64,000 nt of DNA from an uncultured Erysipelotrichaceae bacterium (GCA_949744505.1 CATJXY010000018.1:1165-65164), one strand, 5' to 3'. Shown: positions 8,944-18,112, counted from the first letter of the stretch. The notes: generated from the sequence alone by a model not told the origin. A program made the numbers and translations.

Positions 8944-9594
8944 ATGAATAGAAAAGAAAACTTTTTTGCTGGATTTATAAGAGAAAATCCTGTATTTGGA
9001 TTGTATTTGGGACTTTGTTCAACTTTGGCAATTACAACGTCTTTGAATAATGCAATTGGTATGGGACTTAGTGTTATTGTTGTTTTGACTGCATCAAATA
9101 TTATTATTTCTGCAATCAGAAAAATTACACCGGATGAGATTCGTATCCCGGTTTATATCGTTGTTATTGCAACTTTAGTAAAGATTACCGGAATGTTGCT
9201 TCAAGCTTATTTTGATAGCATTTATTCTGCAATCGGTGTTTATATTGATTTGATTGTTGTTAATTGTATTATTTTGGGTCGTGCTGAAGCTTTTGCTTCA
9301 AAAAATGGAATTTTTGATTCTGCTTTAGATGGAATTGGAATGGGACTTGGGTATACTTTAGCTTTGATTGTTATGTCTGTAATCAGACAGATTTTAGGAT
9401 CAGGTATCTTGTCTTTTGCAAATCCAATGACAAATGAAATGATTTTCTCTTTGAGAATTATTCCTGAATCATTTACAATTTCAATGTTTACGACTCCGAC
9501 AGGCGGATTCTTGACATTCGCAGTTTTGGCTGCCGCCTTGACAGTTTACAAAAACTCAAAAGCTGCAAAATTGCAGAAAAAGGAGGCTAAATAA
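8944..9594 (+). CDS. rnfE: Rnf subunit E
   Basis: NqrD/RnfE-type polytopic protein (NPVFGLYLGLCSTLA..., NCIILGRAEAF) in the expected operon position. Confidence 0.9.
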   Translation: MNRKENFFAGFIRENPVFGLYLGLCSTLAITTSLNNAIGMGLSVIVVLTASNIIISAIRKITPDEIRIPVYIVVIATLVKITGMLLQAYFDSIYSAIGVYIDLIVVNCIILGRAEAFASKNGIFDSALDGIGMGLGYTLALIVMSVIRQILGSGILSFANPMTNEMIFSLRIIPESFTISMFTTPTGGFLTFAVLAAALTVYKNSKAAKLQKKEAK

Positions 9595-10172
9595 TGTTAG
9601 GAAATTTATTTTCGCTGTTTTTGACAGCATGTATCATTGATAACATCATTTTGTCAAAATTCTTTGGTATGTGTCCTTTCTTAGGAGTATCCAAGAAAGT
9701 CAGCTCTGCTGTAGGAATGGGTCTTGCTGTTATCTTTGTTATCGTTGGAGCTTCAATTCTAACTTATGGATTATATTATTTGGTTCTTGTACCACTTGAA
9801 TTAGAGTACATGGACTTGATTACATTCATTCTTGTTATTGCGGCATTTGTTCAATTTGTTGAAATGTTTATCAAGAAAAATTCTCCAAGTTTGTATAAAT
9901 CATTGGGAATCTATCTTCCTTTGATTACAACAAACTGTGCAGTTCTTTATGTAGCACAACAAAATATTGCGAACGGATATAATTTTGCTGAGATGCTTGT
10001 TTACTCAGTAGCGGTACCGGCAGGATTTACATTAACACTTTGCATTATGGCAACAATTCGTGAACGTTTGGAATTTGCAAATACACCAGAAAGTTATAAA
10101 GGAAATCCAATCACATTGGTTGTAGCTGCACTTATGGCTATTGCCTTTACGGGATTGGCTGGACTTGTATAA
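9594..10172 (+). CDS. rnfA: Rnf subunit A
   Basis: NqrE/RnfA-type protein (NIILSKFFGMCPFLGVS, ITTNCAVL). Its ATG overlaps the rnfE stop. Confidence 0.9.
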   Translation: MLGNLFSLFLTACIIDNIILSKFFGMCPFLGVSKKVSSAVGMGLAVIFVIVGASILTYGLYYLVLVPLELEYMDLITFILVIAAFVQFVEMFIKKNSPSLYKSLGIYLPLITTNCAVLYVAQQNIANGYNFAEMLVYSVAVPAGFTLTLCIMATIRERLEFANTPESYKGNPITLVVAALMAIAFTGLAGLV

Positions 10173-10173
10173 A

Positions 10174-10362
10174 ATGAAAGAATTAGCACCTTTTCTATAT
10201 ATAGTCGGTTTAGGTTGTTTATATGGAGTAGGATATTATTTGAACCATAAAACACCTGTGCCGAAAGGTTGCGAGAATTTAAAAGCGGATTGTGAAGGCT
10301 GCAAGATTACTTCTTGCGAGAATCATCCGATTTATGATTTATCTAAAGGAGAAAAAATATGA
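10174..10362 (+). CDS. small membrane protein with a Cys-rich tail, unassigned (candidate Rnf accessory subunit)
   Basis: The ATG is 1 nt after the rnfA stop, and the stop overlaps the rnfB ATG (ATGA). It has one TM helix (FLYIVGLGCLYGVGYYL) followed by CENLKADCEGCKITSC (CX6CX2CX4C). The longer ORF-track start at 10141 overlaps rnfA and was not used. Confidence 0.55.
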   Translation: MKELAPFLYIVGLGCLYGVGYYLNHKTPVPKGCENLKADCEGCKITSCENHPIYDLSKGEKI

Positions 10363-10634
10363 TTAATGCAATAATTATGATGTTAGTCGTCGGTGCACTT
10401 CTTGGAGCTGTGTTGGGAATTGCCGGTAAAGTGTTTTACGTTGAGGCAGATACACGTGTTGAAACAGTTACAGGAATGCTTCCTGGTTATAACTGTGGTG
10501 GTTGTGGTTTTGCCGGATGTTCAGGTATGGCAGAAGCTTTAGTTAATGGAGAGTCTACTGTCGATCAATGTAAACCTTCAAAACCTGAGGCTAAAGAAGC
10601 AATTAAACAGTTTTTGACTGAAAATGCTAAATAA
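10359..10634 (+). CDS. rnfB: minimal RnfB (TM anchor plus N-terminal Fe-S domain only; no ferredoxin-like domains)
   Basis: A TM helix followed by LPGYNCGGCGFAGCSGMAEAL...QCKP, the conserved RnfB N-terminal cluster motif. The ORF stops at 91 aa and a clean terminator follows. Confidence 0.8.
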   Translation: MINAIIMMLVVGALLGAVLGIAGKVFYVEADTRVETVTGMLPGYNCGGCGFAGCSGMAEALVNGESTVDQCKPSKPEAKEAIKQFLTENAK

Positions 10635-10663
10635 GAAAAACTCAAGTGTAAACTTGAGTTTTT
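10635..10663 (+). terminator. intrinsic terminator ending the rnf operon
   Basis: Stem CTCAAGT/ACTTGAG with loop GTAA, followed by TTTTTT. Confidence 0.8.
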
Positions 10664-10718
10664 TATATGAAAACAAGGATGGATATGATAAAATAAAAGT
10701 AATAAAAAGGAGTTTATT

Positions 10719-11669
10719 ATGAGTAAAAGAAGAATTATTTTTGATTGTGATCCGGGTCATGATGATGTTGTTGCTATATTATTGGCTCTTGCCAGCGAAG
10801 AAATGGAGATAGTTGGAATTGTTACGAGTGCAGGAAATCAAACTATTGAAAAGACAACAACGAATACATTAAAACTTTTGAGTTATTTGAACATAACATC
10901 GATTCCTGTTGTAAAAGGATTGGGCAAGCCGTTATGTCAGCCACTTGTTTGTTCTCCGGAAGTTCATGGAGAAACTGGTTTGGATGGAGCTGATCTAGGG
11001 GAAATCAAATTTAAGCCTCTTGAAAAGAATCCGATCGAATTTATGTATCAAACAATTATGTGTTCTGAAGAAAAAACAACATTGATTGTTACCGGTCCTA
11101 TGACGAATACGGCTGCTTTGTTGATTGCTCATCCGGATGTGAAAGAAAAAATTGATTGTATTTCTTTTATGGGAGGAGCTTGTTTTGGTGGTAATACAAC
11201 ACCGCTTTCTGAGTTTAATATCTATGTAGATCCTGAAGCTGCAAAGATTGTATTTAAAAGTGGAGTTGATTTATTCATGAGTGGCTTAGATGTCACAATG
11301 AAAGCTCGTCTTTTAAAAAAGGATATTAATGCGATCCGTGCTTTAAATAATGGGATTGGACCAATCTTAGCTGATTTGTTGGATTTCTTTAATCTTTCAA
11401 CAACAGTTAATTTCTTAAATGATGATCCAAATTATGAAGAGGGAGTCCATATGCATGATCCTTGTGCAGTAGCACTGTTACTTCACCCGGAAAAATTTGT
11501 CACAAGAAAACTATATGGTGATGTTGAAACAAGTGGGGAATACAGTCGAGGTTGCACAGTAATTGATTATGATGGAATATATGGCCGTGAAAAAAACGTG
11601 ACAGTAGCATTTGATTTAGATCGTGAATGGTTTGCTCAATATGTTATTGATTCAGTGGGAAAACTATAA
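10719..11669 (+). CDS. ribonucleoside hydrolase (IUNH family)
   Basis: N-terminal DCDPGHDD aspartate cluster typical of inosine-uridine-preferring nucleoside hydrolases. Length is 316 aa. Confidence 0.85.
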   Translation: MSKRRIIFDCDPGHDDVVAILLALASEEMEIVGIVTSAGNQTIEKTTTNTLKLLSYLNITSIPVVKGLGKPLCQPLVCSPEVHGETGLDGADLGEIKFKPLEKNPIEFMYQTIMCSEEKTTLIVTGPMTNTAALLIAHPDVKEKIDCISFMGGACFGGNTTPLSEFNIYVDPEAAKIVFKSGVDLFMSGLDVTMKARLLKKDINAIRALNNGIGPILADLLDFFNLSTTVNFLNDDPNYEEGVHMHDPCAVALLLHPEKFVTRKLYGDVETSGEYSRGCTVIDYDGIYGREKNVTVAFDLDREWFAQYVIDSVGKL

Positions 11670-11699
11670 AAGATGCGTTGTTTGATCAACGCATCTTTT
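11669..11699. terminator. hairpin between convergent genes; overlaps the rqcH 3' end
   Basis: Stem AGATGCGTTG/CAACGCATCT followed by TTTTC on the + strand. Confidence 0.6.
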
Positions 11700-13347
11700 C
11701 TGTCTTTTCTTCTAAATAATCCAAAATTGTTTCATCCGGATCGATATAAATCGTTTTATAAGAATTCATTGTTACAAACCCACTTTTTGCTCCGGGAACT
11801 TTTTTTAAATTTTTAATAGGGCAGTAGTTAATTGGAACGCTGCTAGACATTCTTCCTTTGGAATAAAGTGCAGCGATGTTTGCTGCCAAGCGGATCGTTT
11901 CCTCATCTAAATCATTCCCGGAAACAACAACATGAGCTCCATGATAATCTTTGGCATGGAACCACATATCTTGTTTTGAAGATAATTTAAAAGTGACCTG
12001 ATCATTTTGTAAGTTATTTTTTCCCCAAATAATATTGAGTCCGTTATCCAAAGTAAGCGAATTGACCTTAATTGCATCCGGTTTTTTCTTTCTTCGTATT
12101 TTAGAATATTGTGGCTTCATATATCCGTTCGTGACAAGTTCTTCACGAATTTCTTTGGCATCTGTGAAGTCTGCCAATTCGAGTTGTTGCTCGAGAGCTT
12201 CAAAATAAGTGATTTCATTCTCACAAATTTCAATTTGTTTTAAAATATGTTCTTGTCCTTTTTTTCCTTTGTTGTATTTTTGGAAAGCCTTTTTTGCGTT
12301 TTGTTTCCCATCTAACTTTGGGTCAAGAGGAATCGATATTTCATTTTCACCATCAAAAGAGGTGCATTTAAACTCTTTCGTTCCTTTTTCGATTTGATAG
12401 CTATATGCATATAAAAGATCGCCATATTCTCGCCATTTTTCACAATCCAATGCTTCATCTAAAGCTTCTTTTAATTTGATTATTTTATTTCGATTATGTT
12501 TAAGTTGTTTGCGAACGAATTTGAATAAATCACCCGTCTGTTGTTTGATTCGATCTTTTTCTTCTTTGTGATAATACAAGACATCTAATCCTTCATGAAT
12601 TCCGTATTCTTTATAATTTGTTTCAAATTGATAGAGAGGAATACAATGAAATTGAACTTCTTGATTGACATTACATAAATAAAGTTTAGTAGAATGCTTG
12701 ATTTCATCCATGATTTCACTAAAACTTTGATTATGCTTCATGCGATAATCAATTTCTTTGGATAGAAGAGGGGAAAATCCTTCAAATTGCTGATGAAGAG
12801 GAACATTTGGGTCGATTTCATCAGTGATAAATGGATTTTTCTTTCCTTCTTGGCTTTCTGCCGGTTTAAATTGAGCTCCGCTTAAAATTGTACGTCTATT
12901 GTTTTCAAAAGGAGGAATTCGTTTCAAAGCATCTAATATTTTGTTGTTTTCATCTACTAGAATCACATTTGCATATTTTCCCATGAGTTCAATATAAACT
13001 TTACGAAAAACTTTATCTCCAATTTCGTTTCGTAAGTTGACAGTCATAACACAATAGCGATCTAAACCTTCTTGCTTAAGTTCGGTAATAATTCCTCCTT
13101 CAAGATGTTTCCTAAGCAACATGATAAAATGTCCCGGATCTTCGGGAGTAGGATAACTTCTTTGAGTTATATTCAAGCGATTATATAAAGAATGACATGA
13201 AATCATTAAATTTTGTTTTTTTCCTTGAGAACGCAATTGAAATAAAATCTCTGTATTTGAAATTGCATAAACTTTATTAATTTTTGCCGGAATAAAATCT
13301 TGTAATTCGCATACGATCTTACTTAGCAAAATACCATCTAATGCCAT
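11686..13347 (-). CDS. rqcH: ribosome quality control protein RqcH (NFACT / FbpA family)
   Basis: MALDGILLSKIV... NFACT-N start, a central coiled coil, and a C-terminal NFACT-R region (WFHAKDYHGAHVVV). Length is 553 aa. Confidence 0.85.
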   Translation of the reverse strand: MALDGILLSKIVCELQDFIPAKINKVYAISNTEILFQLRSQGKKQNLMISCHSLYNRLNITQRSYPTPEDPGHFIMLLRKHLEGGIITELKQEGLDRYCVMTVNLRNEIGDKVFRKVYIELMGKYANVILVDENNKILDALKRIPPFENNRRTILSGAQFKPAESQEGKKNPFITDEIDPNVPLHQQFEGFSPLLSKEIDYRMKHNQSFSEIMDEIKHSTKLYLCNVNQEVQFHCIPLYQFETNYKEYGIHEGLDVLYYHKEEKDRIKQQTGDLFKFVRKQLKHNRNKIIKLKEALDEALDCEKWREYGDLLYAYSYQIEKGTKEFKCTSFDGENEISIPLDPKLDGKQNAKKAFQKYNKGKKGQEHILKQIEICENEITYFEALEQQLELADFTDAKEIREELVTNGYMKPQYSKIRRKKKPDAIKVNSLTLDNGLNIIWGKNNLQNDQVTFKLSSKQDMWFHAKDYHGAHVVVSGNDLDEETIRLAANIAALYSKGRMSSSVPINYCPIKNLKKVPGAKSGFVTMNSYKTIYIDPDETILDYLEEKTEKMR

Positions 13348-13427
13348 AAAACCACCTCATTTTTATTATATCATAATTGACAACGACTTTCATTAAATGT
13401 ATGATAGTAAAAACGGAGGATGCGGTA

Positions 13428-13988
13428 ATGAAGAAGGGGTTATTAATAGTTTTAAGCGGTCCTAGTGGAGTAGGAAAAGGAACAGTATTGAAAGAGTTTA
13501 TTCAAGATTCTGAATTAAATTTAAGTTATTCTGTTTCTATGACAACACGTTCACAAAGGCCGGGAGAGATTGAGGGAGTAAATTATTATTTTGTAGACCG
13601 TGAACGTTTTGCACAGGCTATTGAAAATGGAGAATTATTAGAGTATGCAGAATTTGTCGGTAATTTTTATGGCACACCATTAAAAGAAGTGGAAAGACTT
13701 CGTAATCAAGGTAAAAATGTTTTGCTGGAAATTGAAGTAGAAGGGTGTAAACAAGTGTGTGAGAAATGTCCGGATGCTATTACCATTTTTATTGTACCGC
13801 CTTCAATGGAAGAATTGGAAAGAAGAATACGGGGAAGAAAGACAGAACCGGAAGAAATTGTTCAGCGCCGTTTAAGTAAAGCTGAAAAAGAAATGAATTT
13901 GATTGGAAATTATAAATATATTGTATGTAATGAAGATCCAAAGCTTGCCGGAGAAATCTGTTCATTGGTAATTAAACGAAATATGTAG
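13428..13988 (+). CDS. gmk: guanylate kinase
   Basis: P-loop LSGPSGVGKGT and TTRSQRPGEIEGVNYYFV. I chose the ATG at 13428 after ACGGAGGA over the TTG at 13377. Confidence 0.92.
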   Translation: MKKGLLIVLSGPSGVGKGTVLKEFIQDSELNLSYSVSMTTRSQRPGEIEGVNYYFVDRERFAQAIENGELLEYAEFVGNFYGTPLKEVERLRNQGKNVLLEIEVEGCKQVCEKCPDAITIFIVPPSMEELERRIRGRKTEPEEIVQRRLSKAEKEMNLIGNYKYIVCNEDPKLAGEICSLVIKRNM

Positions 13989-14015
13989 GAAACTTGAAAA
14001 GGGTTTCCTTTTTTC
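13988..14015 (+). terminator. intrinsic terminator after gmk
   Basis: Stem AGGAAAC/GTTTCCT followed by TTTTTT. Confidence 0.75.
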
Positions 14016-14084
14016 TTTGAAATAAGTATATCTATTTTTTTAAAAGTATGATAAAATTATTAAGATTGTAAATGAGGTGAATTA

Positions 14085-16280
14085 ATGGCTAAAGAAATAT
14101 TTAGTTTAGATTTCTATGGAAGAAATCTAACAGTTGAAACTGGAGAAATTGCTAAACAGGCAGGTGGTTCTGTTGTTGTACGTTATGAAGATACTGTTGT
14201 TCTATCAACTGCTTGTGCAAGCAATGTTGCAAAGGATACAGATTTTTTCCCATTAACAGTAAGTTATGAGGAAAAGTTATATTCAGTCGGTAAAATTCCG
14301 GGAGGATTTTTACGTAGAGAGGGAAGACCAAGTGAACATGCTACTTTGACAGCACGCTTGATTGACCGTCCGATTCGTCCGCTTTTTGCAGAAGGATTTA
14401 GAAATGAAGTTCAAGTTGTCAATACAGTTTGGTCTGTTGATCCGGATTGCTCAAGTGAAATGGCTGCAATGCTAGGAGCTTCTTGTGCTTTATGTGTTTC
14501 CAATATTCCATTTAACGGTCCTATTGCAGGGGTTATTGTGGGGCGTGTCAACGGTGAATTTAAAATTAATCCATCAGTAGCAGAAATGGAACAGAGCGAT
14601 ATCAACTTGACAGTTGCAGGAACAAAAGATGCTATCAATATGGTTGAGGCCGGTGCAAAAGAAGTTTCCGAAGAAGATATGCTAGATGCTTTGATGTTTG
14701 GTCATGAGGCAATTAAAAAGCTTTGTGCATTCGAAGAAGAAATCATGGCTAAAGTAGGAAAAGAAAAGATGGAAGTTGTTCTTTATGAAATTGATCCAAG
14801 CATTAAGGCCGAAATCGATGAAGTTGCTAAAGAACGTTTAGAAGAAGCTGTTCGTATTCATGAAAAATTGGAACGTTATGGTAAGATTGATGAGATTACA
14901 GATGAGATGGCTGCTCGTTTTGAAGTAAAAGAATACGAAAGTGAGAAAGCTAAAGATAAAGCAGTTAAACAAGCTCGTGAATATTGTAATGAAATTGTGG
15001 CAATGGAAGTTCGTCGTTTGATTTCTGTTGAAAAAATCAGACCGGATGGAAGAAAAGTAGATGAACTTCGTCCATTGAATTCACAGGTTGATTTACTTCC
15101 TCGTGTCCATGGTTCTGCTATGTTTACACGTGGAGAAACACAAGTTATGTCAATTACAACTTTAGGTGCTTTAGGCGATAACCAAATTATTGATGATTTA
15201 ACGCAAGTTGAAGAAAAACGTTTTATGCATCATTATAATTTTCCACCATATTCTGTAGGTGAAACAGGAAGAATGGGAAATCCGGGACGTCGTGAAATCG
15301 GACATGGAGCACTCGGAGAAAGAGCATTGCTTCAAGTATTACCGAGTGAAGAAGAATTTCCATATTGTATCCGTACGGTTGCTGAAGTATGTGAATCAAA
15401 TGGTTCAAGTTCTCAAGCAAGTATTTGTGCTGGTACAATGAGTTTAATGGCTGCCGGTGTCCCAATTAAAGCTCCTGTATCTGGTGTTGCAATGGGATTA
15501 GTAACATGGGGCGATCATTATACCGTTTTGACCGACATTCAAGGTATGGAGGATCATTTTGGTGATATGGACTTTAAAGTTGCCGGAACACCAAAGGGAA
15601 TTACCGCACTTCAGATGGATATTAAGATTGAAGGAATTAAGAGAGAAATTTTGGAAGAAGCTTTAGCTCAAGCTAAAAAGGGAAGAGCAGAGATTCTTGA
15701 AAATATGTTGGCTACAATTGATACACCACGTCCAACCGTAAGTAAATATGCACCAAAGATGGCTACAATGCAAATTCCGGTAGATAAGATCAGAGAAGTT
15801 ATCGGAACAGGTGGAAAGATGATCAATCAAATCATTGAAGAATGTAATCAAGTTAAGATTGATATTGATGATTTCGGAAGAGTTGTAATCTATCATACAG
15901 AACAAGAAAGTATTGATAAAGCTCAAGCAATGATTGAAAACATTGTTCGTGAAGCAAAAGTTGGAGAAATTTATGATGCTAAAGTTGTCCGCATGGAAAA
16001 GTTCGGTGCTTTTGTTGAATTGTTCCCGGGAACAGATGGATTGCTTCATGTTTCCAAAATGGCTTATGAACGTGTTGAAAAGCCAGAAGATGTAGTAAAG
16101 TTGGGGGATATAGTTAAGGTCATCGTAACGGAAATCGATGAAAAAGGCAGAGTAAATGTTTCAAGACGAGATCTTCTTGAAAAACCGGAAGGTTGGGATG
16201 AAGCTCAGAAGGCAAAGAAAGAATCTCGTAAAGCTGAAAAAGGTGAGAAGAGAATCTTTAAAAAGAAAACTCAAGATTAA
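14085..16280 (+). CDS. pnp: polyribonucleotide nucleotidyltransferase (PNPase)
   Basis: 731 aa with two RNase PH domains ([31 protein letters not shown]) followed by KH and S1 domains. Confidence 0.95.
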   Translation: MAKEIFSLDFYGRNLTVETGEIAKQAGGSVVVRYEDTVVLSTACASNVAKDTDFFPLTVSYEEKLYSVGKIPGGFLRREGRPSEHATLTARLIDRPIRPLFAEGFRNEVQVVNTVWSVDPDCSSEMAAMLGASCALCVSNIPFNGPIAGVIVGRVNGEFKINPSVAEMEQSDINLTVAGTKDAINMVEAGAKEVSEEDMLDALMFGHEAIKKLCAFEEEIMAKVGKEKMEVVLYEIDPSIKAEIDEVAKERLEEAVRIHEKLERYGKIDEITDEMAARFEVKEYESEKAKDKAVKQAREYCNEIVAMEVRRLISVEKIRPDGRKVDELRPLNSQVDLLPRVHGSAMFTRGETQVMSITTLGALGDNQIIDDLTQVEEKRFMHHYNFPPYSVGETGRMGNPGRREIGHGALGERALLQVLPSEEEFPYCIRTVAEVCESNGSSSQASICAGTMSLMAAGVPIKAPVSGVAMGLVTWGDHYTVLTDIQGMEDHFGDMDFKVAGTPKGITALQMDIKIEGIKREILEEALAQAKKGRAEILENMLATIDTPRPTVSKYAPKMATMQIPVDKIREVIGTGGKMINQIIEECNQVKIDIDDFGRVVIYHTEQESIDKAQAMIENIVREAKVGEIYDAKVVRMEKFGAFVELFPGTDGLLHVSKMAYERVEKPEDVVKLGDIVKVIVTEIDEKGRVNVSRRDLLEKPEGWDEAQKAKKESRKAEKGEKRIFKKKTQD

Positions 16281-16288
16281 TTAAATAA

Positions 16289-16319
16289 AAAGAAATTGGA
16301 AAATCCAATTTCTTTTTTT
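16289..16319 (+). terminator. intrinsic terminator after pnp
   Basis: Stem AAGAAATTGGA/TCCAATTTCTT followed by a T-run. Confidence 0.8.
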
Positions 16320-16371
16320 GTTTATTCAGATATAATAATACAATGAATTTAATTAGGATACTATAAAAGTT

Positions 16372-16722
16372 TTATTTCTGATTTAAAGTGGTCATTTTTC
16401 TGTCTAAAACTACTAAAGTGTCTTCAAGTGATTGAATTTGTTCTTGTATTCTGATTCGATGTTTATTAAAAAGTTCTTTTCTTTGAGGAATTGTAGCGGA
16501 ACCTTGTTGATATAATTCAATGAATTCTCTAATTTCGTTGATTGGCATTTTTGTTTTCTTTAAACATTGAACTACTTTCAGTAACATTATATCTTCTTCG
16601 TCGAAAAGCCTTTGATTTCCGGAAGATCGTTTAAGTGGAGGAAGAATCTTTTCATCTTCGTAATATCGCAATGTACTTGCAGGAATATTTAACATTTGGC
16701 TTGTTTCTTTAATAGTATACAT
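16372..16722 (-). CDS. MerR family transcriptional regulator
   Basis: N-terminal wHTH MYTIKETSQMLNIPASTLRYYEDEKILPP and a C-terminal coiled coil. It is divergent from an MFS gene. Confidence 0.85.
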   Translation of the reverse strand: MYTIKETSQMLNIPASTLRYYEDEKILPPLKRSSGNQRLFDEEDIMLLKVVQCLKKTKMPINEIREFIELYQQGSATIPQRKELFNKHRIRIQEQIQSLEDTLVVLDRKMTTLNQK

Positions 16723-16738
16723 TTTTTTCTCCTTTTGC

Positions 16739-16769
16739 TTGACTTCAAGTTAACTTTAAGTTGTATTAT
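16739..16769 (+). promoter_or_regulatory. MerR-type promoter with 19-bp spacer and operator dyad
   Basis: TTGACT (16739-16744), a 19-bp spacer, and TATTAT (16764-16769). The spacer holds the imperfect palindrome ACTTCAAGTTAACTTTAAGT (16742-16761). Confidence 0.7.
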
Positions 16770-16808
16770 ATCGAAGTCAATAGAAAAATCAAGGGGAGAG
16801 AGGAAAAA

Positions 16809-17990
16809 ATGAAAAAGAAATCAATTTTAGGAATGTTAGTTATTGCTGCAATTCTTGCAATATTAATGAATATTCACCATCCGGTTACACCAACACTTTT
16901 TTCGGAAATGAATTTACCATCGCGAATTTTCGGTACATCTTTTTCGGCAATGTGTTTTTTCAGCTTTTTAACGTCACCTTTTTGGGGAGAAATGAGTGAT
17001 TCAAAAGGAAGAATTAAAGTATTGGTAATTTCTTGTATTGGATATGGAATTGCCCAATTTACATTGGGATATTGTAATTCTGAAGCAACGGTGCTATTAT
17101 CTAGATCTTTTGCCGGTGTATTTGCATCGGGTACAAGTATTGCGCCATTAGCTTATGTGGCAGACTTATGTACAGCAGAAGAACGTGGTAAAAAAATGAG
17201 TATTTTTATCGCAATTCAGTCTGTATTTTTAGCGGTTGGTTATTTGCTAGGTGGGGTATTGGGATCCATTTCATTTAAAACAGCTTTTACGGTTCAAGGA
17301 TGTGGTATGATTCTGATTGGAATTTTAGTAGGATTCATAATGGATGAAAGTTTGGATAAAAGAGTCGAAATACAAAAAGGACAACTTTTCAAAAAAATTA
17401 ATCCATTTGCCTCTTTTGTTAACGCAAGAACTTTGCTTAATTCAACTATGCTAATATTTATTATGGTTGTCATATTCAGTAGTTTTGGTAGTACATGCTA
17501 TGATAATGCATTTAATTATTATTTAAAAGATCAGATGAATTTTATACCGATTTATAATGGAATTTTGAAATCTATTATCGGTATCGTGGGGTTAATTGCT
17601 AATTTTACAATTAATATGTGGATTGTTTCAAAAACACGAGTTCGGTTATCTTTAACAGTTGTATTATTGCTTTGTTCAGTTAGTTCTGGAGTAGGTATTT
17701 TATTAACAGGAAATCTTGTATTATTCCTTGGGTTTAATTTGTGCTTTTATACAGTTAATGCAATCTATCAACCAATCATTCAGACATTGTCTTATGAAGG
17801 CAGAGAGAATAGTGAAATTGGGCTTGTAACAGGACTAATCAATGCCACAAAAAGTTTAGGGAATGTGGCAGGATCTTTGTTCGCAGGCATGATTTATGAT
17901 ATTGCGTCATTTTTACCATTTCTAGCAGCTTCAGTCTTTTTTGCAGGAGCAACAATATTTGGTTTTATCTATCATCGAAAAAAAGCATAA
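16809..17990 (+). CDS. MFS transporter (probable drug/efflux type)
   Basis: About 12 hydrophobic segments and the MFS loop motif WGEMSDSKGR. I chose the ATG at 16809 after GGGGAGAGAGG. Confidence 0.8.
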   Translation: MKKKSILGMLVIAAILAILMNIHHPVTPTLFSEMNLPSRIFGTSFSAMCFFSFLTSPFWGEMSDSKGRIKVLVISCIGYGIAQFTLGYCNSEATVLLSRSFAGVFASGTSIAPLAYVADLCTAEERGKKMSIFIAIQSVFLAVGYLLGGVLGSISFKTAFTVQGCGMILIGILVGFIMDESLDKRVEIQKGQLFKKINPFASFVNARTLLNSTMLIFIMVVIFSSFGSTCYDNAFNYYLKDQMNFIPIYNGILKSIIGIVGLIANFTINMWIVSKTRVRLSLTVVLLLCSVSSGVGILLTGNLVLFLGFNLCFYTVNAIYQPIIQTLSYEGRENSEIGLVTGLINATKSLGNVAGSLFAGMIYDIASFLPFLAASVFFAGATIFGFIYHRKKA

Positions 17991-18025
17991 TATTTAAGAT
18001 CAGGATAAAAAAAATGATTTGATAC

Positions 18026-18053
18026 TTGTAATTATCTGTAAATATGGTATTAT
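18026..18053 (+). promoter_or_regulatory. candidate promoter of the rimP-nusA-infB operon
   Basis: TTGTAA, a 16-bp spacer, and an extended -10 TGgTATTAT. Confidence 0.45.
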
Positions 18054-18064
18054 AAGCATAGAAA

Positions 18065-18092
18065 CAAGGAGTGGTTAAAAGACCACTCCTTG
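18065..18092 (+). promoter_or_regulatory. stable leader hairpin upstream of rimP
   Basis: Perfect 11-bp stem CAAGGAGTGGT/ACCACTCCTTG with a 6-nt loop, followed by the U-poor tract ATGTTGATT. Confidence 0.5.
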
Positions 18093-18112
18093 ATGTTGAT
18101 TAAGGAGAAGAT

